A stretch of DNA of 48,443 bases from Octopus bimaculoides (Eukaryota), in NCBI RefSeq assembly GCF_001194135.2, contig NC_068985.1:59972081-60020523 (forward strand). Reading direction: 5' to 3'. Under the pieces are notes generated by a model. The model made no database searches. It saw only the letters and a list, made by a program, of their open reading frames with translations, and had not been told where the DNA came from. The position numbers were made by a program, and so were the translations under genes. Shown here piece after piece: positions 38,004-48,443 of this stretch (its first letter is position 1; every line of letters starts with the position of its first letter).

Positions 38004-38457
38004 GTTAGCAAGGGTGTGTATGAAGTGTCTATATCTGCGTAAAGTGTTGGAATCCGTGAATATATTCGTTGGTGGGTTGTATGTGTGGAATGTGTTTATA
38101 TATCTGTATGCAGTGTGGGGGTCGTTGGCGAAGACTAGGCGTCTGTATATGTTGGCGTTCGTTAATAGTGTATATAGTTCTGTATATCTACAACCCACAA
38201 ACGAATAAATATTCTAAATCCTACACTTTGTAGGAGTCTGTATATATTTGTTGTTGAGGTGTATAATGGAGAAATACTATTAAATACCATGGTACTTAAT
38301 CCATTTAGGATTTTAACCTCTTGTGACCATACTGGGGCACCACCATGATTAATAATTAAATACAATTTAATATAACGATATGTATGTAATGGTCTTTATG
38401 ACTACCACGATGTAATTTCAGACCAGATCATTCGGCATAGTACCCTGGGGTACATAA

Positions 38458-38660
38458 GATGTGATCAATGACACCCTACATAACTACTAAGTACTGTAGG
38501 TACATATAGATGTGATCGGTGACACCCTACATAGCTAGTGGTGCCCTGTGCTCATATAGATGTGATCAATACCATTGTTTATCGCTGCTGGTTACTCCCT
38601 GTTTCATTTACATGTGATCGGTGACACTACTTAGGTACTGGTGCCTTGGGGCACATGTAA
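38458..38660. repeat. Degenerate minisatellite, period about 51 bp
   Basis: Core (g/c)atgtgatc at 38458, 38509, 38559 and 38611, three times followed by gacac. Confidence 0.7.
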
Positions 38661-38767
38661 CTACTAAACTATGTAACTCGTATTCTGCTTTCTATAGAAG
38701 GATATTACGAAAGTTACTTACTAGTTTCTGTATATAAATGAGGTCGTTTTTACCTTCATTCCTTTCC

Positions 38768-38845
38768 CATGGCACCCTAGGCAAATGTTTTCTACTATAA
38801 CTTTGGGCTGACCAACTTTGGTAGACAGGAACTGAAATAAGCCCG

Positions 38846-38878
<33 letters not shown>
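38768..38878 (+). mobile_element. SINE family B fragment, inverted near-identical duplicate of 40646-40755
   Basis: Two mismatches in 81 bp against the reverse complement of 40675-40755, plus a matching (TG)n/(CA)n tract. Confidence 0.9.
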
Positions 38879-38882
<4 letters not shown>

Positions 38883-39191
38883 TGTCAGCATTGAAGTGTT
38901 ATGTTGTCTACCAGACAATTAAAGGCACTCTAGCCATGGCCATCTCATTTTTTTTTTCATACATAGTTTATCTCAAACTATATTATATATATTCCTCTAA
39001 AAACAGTAGGTTTTGATTTGAGAGAGATCTTAGCTGTTATTTCTTGCATGTCAAGTGTCCACATAGAGACTCCCCAATTGGTTTGTAGTGTGTCAAGTAT
39101 TGTCATAAGACTGTCAAGTCACTAGTCATTTCCTATTATAGATACTAAACAACTAAAAATAAACCATCTTTGCTAACTTATACTCAACCTC

Positions 39192-39194
<3 letters not shown>

Positions 39195-39238
<44 letters not shown>

Positions 39239-39248
39239 NNNNNNNNNN

Positions 39249-39290
<42 letters not shown>
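39195..39290. repeat. (CT)n microsatellite with a small gap
   Basis: Direct reading. Confidence 0.95.
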
Positions 39291-39291
<1 letters not shown>

Positions 39292-39800
39292 TCCTTCCCT
39301 CACTTCAATCCTCTCTTTCTCTTTTCTATCTTTCTATTTTCTTTGTTTCTCTGTCTACCATCTGCTCCCACTTACCTCTGTCTGTGATTCTGCAATAAAA
39401 CTACTAATCACCTTTGTCTTTTAACACTAATCCATGATTTGAAGTCAATCCTAACTCCAACTATATGTCTATGATAGGATATACATGTCACAGTTGGCTT
39501 GATGTTTTTAAATGTATTGCATGACTATGGACCACAACAATGGCCATGCACCAAGTAACCTGTCCAGCCCATGCCAAATTGATGTTATTTAACTGGTGCT
39601 TGGAACACAGATTAACAGGAAATTTTGATGGAAAGTTTTAATTTAGATCATTTAAAAATACAAATTTTGTATCATACATTTGGAGCAATCTTGAATAAGT
39701 GGGTGTGAAAAGGGTTAACGCTTTTGATAACACCCTACTCTGGTTCCATTATACAAAGTCCTGCTTCTGGTTCCATTATACAAAATCTGTTATCCTACAA

Positions 39801-40173
39801 TTTTACTTGTTTCAGTCATTAGACTGCAGCCATGATAGGGCACTGCCTTGAAGAATTTTTAGTCAAATGAATCAGCCCCAGTACTTGATTTTTAAGGCTG
39901 GTACTTGTTTTATTAGTCACTTTTGCCAAACCACTGAGTTACAGGGATGTAAACACCAACATGGTTGTCAATTGGTAGTGGGGGACAGACAAAAAGACAT
40001 ACACACACACATGACAGCTTCTTTCAGTTTCCATCTTCCAAGTCCACTTGCAGGGCTTTGGTCAGCACAAGGCTATAGTAGAAGACACTTGCTCAAGGTT
40101 CCATGCTGTGAGACTGGACTCAGAGCTATGTGGTTGGGAAGCAAGCTTCTTATTATGCAGCTATGCCTGTGCC
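39801..40173 (-). mobile_element. SINE family B, full-length, CpG-decayed
   Basis: Same organisation as 18274-18642, but consensus CpGs read as TpG/CpA (ttgccaaaccactgagttacaggg, gacagcttc). Confidence 0.85.
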
Positions 40174-40389
40174 TATATCATCAAAAACAAACTAAAATTT
40201 AAAAAGGAAACAACTTATCATTTTCTGATCCAAACAGCAGCTTAGTAAATAGTTATTTTACTCTTTCTAATTCTTGATTATTTTTAAAATACACAAACCA
40301 AAACAATTAGTTACCTGGTTTAAAAGGTTGTTTTATTTATTAGATAACTTTACTAATAAGGATTTCAGTCTTCTCTCATATTTATACAG

Positions 40390-40560
40390 TTTTATCATCA
40401 TCATAGCATTTACTTTTCCATGTTTGCATGAGTTAAATAGGGTTTATTGGGGCAACTTTTCTACAACTGGATGCCCTTCCTGTCACCAACCCTCACCTGT
40501 TTCCAAGTAAGGTAAATTTTTTTCCATACCCAAATGTTTTCACATTATTAGAAAATGGAT
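40390..40560 (-). mobile_element. RTE-related tail, second type (also about 23795-23900, 43905-44115 minus; 42470-42595, 47565-47705 plus)
   Basis: catcatcat..ttttccatg.ttgcatg..ttttctaca.ctggatgcccttcctgtc.ccaaccctcacctgtttccaagtaagg recurs at the listed positions. Confidence 0.6.
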
Positions 40561-40642
40561 GATACTACTTGGATAACAATGACACTCATTTACAACTTTT
40601 ACACAATGTTAATTCAAGGAAACACAAACACACTCACACATC

Positions 40643-40645
<3 letters not shown>

Positions 40646-40677
<32 letters not shown>

Positions 40678-40830
40678 CGGGCTTATTTCAGTTCCTGTCT
40701 ACCAAAGTTGGTCAGCCCAAAGTGATAGTAGAAAACACTTGCCTAGGGTGCCATGCAGTGAAACTGAACCCAAAATCATGTAGTTCAGAAGTAAGTTTCT
40801 TAAACACAATCATGACTACAGCTATTATAT
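40646..40830 (-). mobile_element. SINE family B, 5' half with a private internal deletion
   Basis: Head aactgaacccaaaatcatg.. present. Lacks the agccttgtgagtggat segment seen in other copies. Confidence 0.8.
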
Positions 40831-42164
40831 ATTTTATACTGAATGAAATTACAGTTATTGTAGAAATACAAATTATAATTTATAATCTTGTTAACAGTAA
40901 TGAATATTTAGTGAAATATTACCTATAAATCGCACTATATTTGCCAGATCAATGAGAGGGCCTCAACTTGCTAGAAACAGCTGCCAAATTTTTCTTAAAT
41001 CACTCACTACATTGTTACAAAAAAGAAGTATACATTGGATAATGTGTCTCTAGATCATTATATTTGAAAAAGAATACATGATGGTCACAGGTGATACATA
41101 GATCCTGTTTCCTAGTAATATCAACTGATACAAAGTTGAGGGTGCTGTCTAATGTTACTCACATCAGATAATCTCTCTAGTAAATGCACTCAGTATGCAC
41201 TCTAAAATGGTTGATGTGAGGAAGGACATCCAGCTATAGAAAATGTACCAGTAATGGAATATACAAGTGAGATGTGAATCTCACAAACCTTATTGAAGGT
41301 TACTCCTTTTCGGAGGAGGATAAATTCAAATAAGAATCAACAGAGGAGAGAGAGTTTTTAGTCTTTGTTACCCCCCCCTCCCCTTTGTACCACTGGTACA
41401 GAACACACCCATTTCACACATATACAACTTTCAACTTATACAATACAAAAGTTGGTAAATAGTTTCTGATAATGTGTTCAGTGATCTGCCAGACCAGTGG
41501 CAGCATGAGAACAAAGATGGTTGTGGTATTAGCAGCAGTTAGCTGTGGTGGTTAGGGTACAAACACAGTTGACTGCATAAACATGGTTTTAAACACTGCT
41601 GCCACTACTGTCACTGATACTGCTATTACTATAGAATAACAACTATTCTATTTACAATACACACCATGCTTAGCAGTGGAGAGAACATCCAACTGTTCAT
41701 AATTTTGTTTCAATAAAATCAATCCCATCATGCAAATGGTCTTTAGTTAAATCCATGCTAGAGCAGTACATTCAAAGCTGAATATGTGTGACTATGCAGG
41801 CATTTGCTAAGGGAGGCAGCTCTAATTAATTAAATCAACAAGTTGACAGAGACTACCCTATTTTGCTTGTAGCCTGTTACAGTTGGCTGATGGTTGGTGT
41901 ACTAGAGTGAATGGCACCTTTTTAAGTCTCACCAGAATCTTAGGTTAAGATTCATAAACAACATTTTTAAAAGCAATTGCATAATTGTGGACTTTTAAAT
42001 GCCAAATTATTGTCGTTGGGGCTTCTGAATTCTTGAAGTCAGAGTTATTGTTGTTTGGTCTAGCAGACCCCTTTAATCAAAGCCATTCCAGTTTTGAATT
42101 TTTTCTCTTTTGTAGTGTGTTTGAACTTTATTATTCAATCTGTCCTTTCTTATTTAAAATACAC

Positions 42165-42330
42165 AGGCATGCTGGTGTGGCTGTGAGGTAAGAAGTTTGC
42201 TTCTCAGCCACATCGTTCTGAGTTCAGACCTGCTGCATGACACCTTAGGCAAGTCACTTCTACTATAGCCTCTGGACAACCAAAGCCTTGTGGGGGAATT
42301 TGGAAAATGAAAACTGAAGGAAACCTATCT
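42165..42330 (+). mobile_element. SINE family B, 5' half
   Basis: ggctgtgaggtaagaagtttgcttc..ttctgagttcag..caccttaggcaagt..cttctactatagcc..ccaaagccttgtg..aaactgaaggaa. Confidence 0.75.
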
Positions 42331-43130
42331 TATATTTATGTATATGTGTATGAGTGTACGTTACTGTTTGTCATGACACTGTGTGATAGTCATAAATGAG
42401 TATTACCATCATGCATGTAGGTACAAATATTTTGTGAAAGCATGTCTCATCATGGGAAAATATTACTTTACTTAGACACAAGTGAGAGTTAATTACAGGA
42501 AAGGCATTTGGCCATAGAATCATAGAATATCTGCCTCAACAAATTCTGTCTAGCCCAGCAAGCATGCAAAAGTGGATGTTAAAATGATGATGACAGCTGT
42601 GCGGGGAAAGTTTACTGTGCTATTTCTGAATCCATTCCCCTGCATGACACCTTGGGAAGTACCTTGTGAATGAAAGGTGATAGACAGCAACTGTGCTGAA
42701 GCCTGTCTGAGTGACTATTCTTATTTTGGACTAGTATGTTTTATCTGTCACCCAGTTTAACACACCTCATGCCCCCTGCCAATCTTTAGCAGAATTCACT
42801 TAATTATAAGTATTCAAAGCAAGTTTCCTATCTGAAGATAGCTTCTACCTCTTCTCTCACTAAACCATGAACAAAAGATTTACAAAAATGAAAAGAATTA
42901 TGTGATTTCACATGGAGGCTTGGCTTCCATTTCAATCAGGTAACTGTGTAGGTTTAAGTAGCTTCATTGAATTGTGATGGGAAAGCATAAAATACTATGT
43001 AAAAGGATATGTAAAACAGCCACACAAAATACCAAAATCTACCTCCAGTTCTAATTCAGAGTTTAAATTTTCTTTTTGTTTTGTGTCCATTTTTCTATGC
43101 TAGCATGGGTTAGTGGAGTATTTTATTATA

Positions 43131-43265
43131 TGAGCTTCTTTCAGTTTTCATCTGCCAAATCCACTCATATGATTTTGTTTGGCCCAGGACTGTATTACAA
43201 GGTGCTACACAGGGGACTGAACCTGAAACCACATGGTTAGGAGGCAATTTTTTAACCACACAGCC
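43131..43265 (-). mobile_element. SINE family B, 5' half
   Basis: gcttctttcagtt..ccaaatccactca..caaggtg..gggactgaacctgaaaccacatggtt..aaccacacagcc. Confidence 0.7.
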
Positions 43266-43266
43266 A

Positions 43267-43305
<39 letters not shown>

Positions 43306-43387
43306 GTTTCTGGCAGAATTGATTCATTAGCAAAACTCTACTCTGAATTAATTTAATGGATTAATCTGATCTATGATGTAACATTTT

Positions 43388-43420
<33 letters not shown>

Positions 43421-44272
43421 GTCTGATATATTTGTTTCACATGTTTAGTAAAGTTAATGATGTATGGACTCTTTAAATAAAATGTTGAATCCGCTCTGTG
43501 TGGAGCTACCAGGTTGATGTACTTAAAAGGTACTTTGCATTAAGTGAAAAGAGATGATAACCAGTCATTCTGCTATCAACCAGCCAACCATTTGGTTGTA
43601 TTTATCTCTTCTAATCATGTCAGCTTACAGGAAACAAGCGGAATAGTGCAGATATTCCAGGTGGTGATGGTACTGGAGATGATGATGATAATGATGGTGG
43701 TTATGATAATCATACTGCTGATAATAGTAGTGGTGGAGATGATATTGGTATTGATGATGATGGTAGAGATAGTAGTTTCATATGTGATATCTCTTAGTTA
43801 AGTCTTCATTAGTGTAATAACCAACTCTGCTGATTGTGTATTTCTAATTAAAATTATATTATTGCGCTTCAGTGTGTATATATGTTTGTGTGTGCATAGT
43901 TGTTGTTGTTTTAATGTCCACTTTTCTATGCTTGCATGGCTCAGACAGAACTCATTGAATCAAGCTTTTCTACAGCCAGATGGCCCTTCCTGTTGCCAAC
44001 TCTTACCTTGTTTACAAATAAATTACTATTCTCCATGATCAAGGATGTTTTGCAGAATATTAAACACTGCTTGAATGACAGTGATACTTGTTTACAACTA
44101 TCACAATGTTAAGACAAGAAAACAGAAGACAAACACTGTGTTTGTGTTTGCATGCATGTGTATGCAATAGAGAAAGAAATTCTATATAGTCATGTATTCA
44201 ATGAAACCTGCATGAAAATAGCTGTTCCCCATACATATAAATATATATGGGTGTGTGTGTATGTATATATAT

Positions 44273-44617
44273 AGGCATGGCTGTGAGATAAGAAATTGGC
44301 TTCCAGACCACATGGTTCCAGATTCACTCCCATTGTGTTGTGTGGCAACTTGGGCAAATTTCTTCTCTTATAGCCCCGAGCCAACCAAAGCCTTGTGAGT
44401 TGAATTGATAGACAGAAACTGAAAGAAATCCAATGTGTGTGTGTGCATGTATTTGTGTTTGCTTCCTTGTAACTTAGCAGTTTGGTAAAAGAAACTGATA
44501 GAATAAGTACCAAGCTTTAAAAGAAAATAAGTACTGGGTTGATTAGTTCAACTAAAATTTCTCAAGACAGTGCTCCAGTATGGCTGCGGCCTAACGATTG
44601 AAACAAGTAAAAGAAAA
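44273..44617 (+). mobile_element. SINE family B, near full-length
   Basis: aggcatggctgtg..accacatggttcc..ttgggcaa..ccaaagccttgtgag..aaactgaaagaa..(TG)n..gatagaataagtacca..gtgctcc..aaacaagtaaaag. Confidence 0.8.
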
Positions 44618-46049
44618 ATGTTATATATTCACTGGATGTTCTTAGATTGTAGGGGAGATTTGGGAATCTGGATTCTGGTGTTATATTTTGTGTTCACTTG
44701 TGACCTAACATTTGTCTTCTTTCAGAGAAGTACCATTATTAGTCTAACTTTTGAAATTAAACTCTTTTATTTAGCATTGAAGCTGGTTAAATTCAAAGTC
44801 ATTATATTTGATTGAAATGTTATTAGCTAACATAACCACCACTACTAATATCATATAGAAGGTCTTATTTATGCCATTCCATACATATGAATACATCAAG
44901 ATATATATCTCTAGATGCCATTTCTGTTATGGAGGCAGAAGTATTTGTTAATAGAGAGAATATTACAGTTGGGTGGGAAGAATCAGTGGTATGCCAGTTT
45001 ATAATTGCCTTGTGGTGTTTAGTTATGTCTCTGTACAGTCTCAGTTCAAACCCTGCCAGGGTTGATGAAGTACCAGTTATGTACTGGGGTCAGTCTAATT
45101 GATTGTATGTACGCTCCCTCAAAAAATTCTGGCTTTGTATCAAAATTAGAAATCATAAAAATTTATGAATTTTTCCCTATTTGCTGAGTAAACAGAAGAC
45201 TATAGACTGTATCTAACTACTTTGGTACCTACCTCACTCTTCTGAGTTCAAATGGACCTCAGATTAACTTAAGTTTTTTTCCTCATTGGATTTTTTTTTT
45301 TCTGCTGGTTTCAATGAGTGTACTGTGGCCATGCTGAGTGGGGCACCACCTTGTAGGGTACAGTCAGTTATTTTCATTAGTCTGATACCTATTTTATCGA
45401 TATCAAAAGTCAGAAAGACGGAATGGACCTGTATGAGAATTGAGCTCAGAACATAAAGGGATGTTACTGAATTACTACAAGGTATTTTCTCATGTTCTAT
45501 CCTTTCTTTCATCATCTGAAATCAATAGAATAAAGATATAACTGAGGAGAAAGTGGGAAGACCAGATTCACTGTCTTGTCTACAGAACAACATGAGGCTA
45601 GGGTGATAAGGTAAGGTTAAATTTTGTGATCATGGGGTTTGTATCCCAACACACTAACCACACGTCCTTTGTACACCTTACTTGAGATATACTACAGTTT
45701 GTTGTTTGGCCCCCAAGCGAGCTTATAACAGAGAGAGATATTGGTACCTTGTGCTCTGAATCTGGAAGAATGACAAGCAAAGTCAGCCTGAGTGTGATTT
45801 GAACTCTGGATATAGAAATACATAACTAAAGACCACAAGGCTATTTTTCTGATGCTCTATCGATCCTTCTGCCTTCCACCATTCTTGCAATAAAATAAAA
45901 TCTGTCAGTCAGTCATTGATATAAGGTTTTCTCTTTTACTAGTGTGCAAAAGTGGACAGGAGATATAAAAGTTTGAGTACTTGAGTACTATTCAGCTGAT
46001 AGCAAGGACTTTCAGTTAAAAGTACACCACCATCACCACCACCATGTGT

Positions 46050-46089
46050 GTGTCTGTCTTTCTCTCTCTATCTCTCTCTCTCTTTCTCC

Positions 46090-46143
<54 letters not shown>
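46050..46143. repeat. (CT)n microsatellite
   Basis: Direct reading. Confidence 0.95.
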
Positions 46144-46145
<2 letters not shown>

Positions 46146-46779
46146 TTCTAGTTTATGTTTATATTTTGTGACTGTTTGTATGGCTGTATTGAGGGGTGTG
46201 TCTGTTTATCTAAGATGTGTTTGTTTATTGGTGCGGCTGTCTAGCAGTCTATGGGTGTGTCTGTTCATGGTTGTGAGACATTATACCCACCACTACCACT
46301 ATCTAAGAAAGAGAGAGAGAAAATAAAATAAACTCTACTTTACAAAACCAGTACTAAACAGTTGCCTTCTCTCACTTGTAGCTCTATGCGCTTTTAAATA
46401 TTCCGTAATATCTTACCATTTACACTTACAGACCACATTTTAAATATTTAATGTTCCTTCTCATATTTTAATGGCAGGATATGAATTACCTGCTATTTCT
46501 AACAGACTGATCAACCACATAGAGGCTCCCTTGTTTGGTTAGTGCCTTTTAAAGTTACGTAGTCCAGATTAATATTCTGATTAAGTTTATTTTTAGCATT
46601 TGGTGCCTCATAAAGAGAGAATTGGCAAATATTTCCATAAACAACACATGACTAGAGCTATTGTTCTAAAACATGGGCCTCAGTCAACACTGGTCCTTCC
46701 ATTCAGAGCCACGAAATAAATACCTTATCTTTCACTCTCTGCAACAAGTAATGACCTGCTAAAAAGTTCAGGTGACACT

Positions 46780-47090
46780 TGCAATGGAATACTGCTCCCA
46801 TGTCTGGGACAGCTGCTGCTACTACTACTACTACTACACATCATAGAGCGAATCCAGAGGAAGGCCACTTCACTAATTGGTTTAAAGTCACACCACCCAC
46901 TTCCCCAAAGGCATGTTGTCTCTTCCCTCTATGTTTTTCTACTGTTTCTACAAATAGCCTCTGCTTCTCAGTCAGTCTCATGCCCTTTCCACCTGAACGC
47001 TCTCTGACTTCACTGCTGGTGTCAACATAGAACTCTTTTAAGCAAAATGTTAATGGTATTCTTCACACCAGTTTTGAAGAGCCTGCAAAG
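46780..47090 (+). mobile_element. Decayed CR1/L2-group LINE fragment
   Basis: atggaatactgctcccatgtctgg = MEYCSHVW and cgaatccagaggaaggcc = RIQRKA, matching the LEYCSHVW...RIQxKA motif of CR1-group ORF2. Confidence 0.6.
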
Positions 47091-47347
47091 GCTATATAAG
47101 CACTGAATTTTTTTTCAGACCTAGCTAATAAAAAGAAAAAAATATATATGCTGGAACTATTCAGGAATTTTTTACAACAGAAGTGAGGTATCATCTTCAG
47201 TTACCAATCTTTGGTCTCAGCATCACATTTTTATAGGGCATTTTAGGTTGGGTTTTAAGGTAAAACCCCCTTCACAAAAAATGTTTTATGTCAGACTTTT
47301 CTGTTCAGCCACAGTAGGACTCTACTTTGTTGTTGGGTTATTAGATG

Positions 47348-47500
47348 CAAGCATGGATATGTGGTTCAGAGGTTTGTTTCCCAACCATAAGGTTTTGGGT
47401 TCAGTTCCACTGCTTGGCATCTTGGGTGGATGTTCTACTACAGCCCTGAGCCAACCAAAGTCTTGTAAGTGGATTTGTAGGCAGAAACTGAAAACTTTTG
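47348..47500 (+). mobile_element. SINE family B, 5' half
   Basis: cccaaccataagg..gggttcagttccactg..gcatcttggg..ttctacta.agccctgagccaaccaaag.cttgt.agtggatttg. Confidence 0.7.
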
Positions 47501-48154
47501 TATATGTATGTATACATATTTGTGTGTGTGTGTGTGTCATTACAAATATAGTTATAAATTATGCCTGGCCATGAGGAAAAAATTACCTTATTCATAAACA
47601 GGTGAAGGTTGGTGATAAGAAGGACATATCTCTGTATAAAATCTGCTTCATCAAATTCAGCTTTTCCATGCAAGTATGGAAATGTGGACATTGATTGGTG
47701 ATAATGAGATATATATATATATATATATAAAACATACATACATATTTACATACACACATAGACACATGCACATATGCATACATGCATAAACCAGTGCATC
47801 TCAACCAGTGTCCATATAAGATTTTGTTGTTGAAATTTATTTGCATTAAATTGCTTATACTTCTACAGTGCACAAAATATTTTAACAATTTCTTTATACA
47901 ATTCATAATAATATTTAATTATTAAAATATATGATTTTCTAAACATCAAATGGTTAGGAGAGTCCATCCAAGTTAGATAGGAATCAAAATGGTCCATAGC
48001 TAAAAAAAAAAAAAGGTTGAGAAATACTACATCAAACAGACAAACTGAGATTAACTTTTCTAGCTTCAGACAACCCTGCAAAAAAAAAAAAAGATATAAG
48101 CAGCATATCATTACTTTATGAAAATTTAAGAATCTTTTATACTTTTATATTTTA

Positions 48155-48443
48155 TATGTATATATGTATATATATGTATATGTATGTATATATATGTATA
48201 TGTATGTATATATATGTATATGTATATGTATATATATGTATATGTATGTATATATATGTATATGTATGTATATATATGTATATGTATGTATATATATGTA
48301 TATGTATGTATATATATGTATATGTATGTATATATATGTATATGTATATGTATGTATATATATGTATATGTATATATATGTATATGTATGTATATGTATG
48401 TATATATGTATGTATATATATGTATATGTATATATATGTATAT
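48155..48443. repeat. Compound (TA)n/(TATG)n microsatellite
   Basis: Direct reading. Confidence 0.95.

Noticed and set aside
38000-38200. Minus-strand peptide LLTNANIYRRLVFANDP reminiscent of a Penelope RT N-terminus
   Set aside because: Too short and weak, truncated by a gap, and no further motifs.
38458-38660. Repeat-spacer pattern resembling a CRISPR array
   Set aside because: Eukaryotic context, short degenerate core, spacers related to each other and no cas genes; this is a minisatellite.
39739-39784. 19-bp direct repeat tctggttccattatacaaa separated by 8 bp
   Set aside because: A simple local tandem duplication with no sign of function; a similar 30-bp duplication occurs at about 7300-7360.
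43544-43801. 85-aa hydrophobic ORF
   Set aside because: Translation of a degenerate (ATG/GAT)n trinucleotide tract.

Overview
AT-rich, microsatellite-dense eukaryotic genomic DNA from a gapped assembly, with seven N-gaps (1217-1285, 7857-8398, 22982-23445, 29061-29231, 33797-33844, 37371-37961, 39239-39248). The SINE and RTE-LINE repertoire suggests an octopus or other coleoid cephalopod; this is an inference, not a database match. The only host coding sequence I can support is the first coding exon (9157-9291, +) of a salt-inducible kinase (SIK1/2 type). About 9 kb upstream and more than 39 kb of intron 1 fill the rest of the window; I could not find exon 2. The remainder is transposon-derived or simple repeat: at least four tRNA-derived SINE families, RTE and CR1-clade LINE remnants, a decayed mariner interrupted by an RTE tail, a hAT/Charlie-type MITE with a perfect 8-bp TSD, a telomere-motif-bearing interspersed element (2 copies) and a 342-bp-unit fold-back repeat. 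I cannot demonstrate a new biological system. The best leads are: (i) a roughly 9-kb CpG-retaining island inside an otherwise CpG-depleted intron, with a repeat-free, coding-like core; (ii) a near-identical 110-bp inverted pair 1.8 kb apart that shares a private deletion; (iii) the upstream 310-bp fold-back; (iv) the telomere-motif element family; (v) a tiny hairpin element with an unusual 6-bp TSD. All comparisons were made by eye, and repeat boundaries are approximate.
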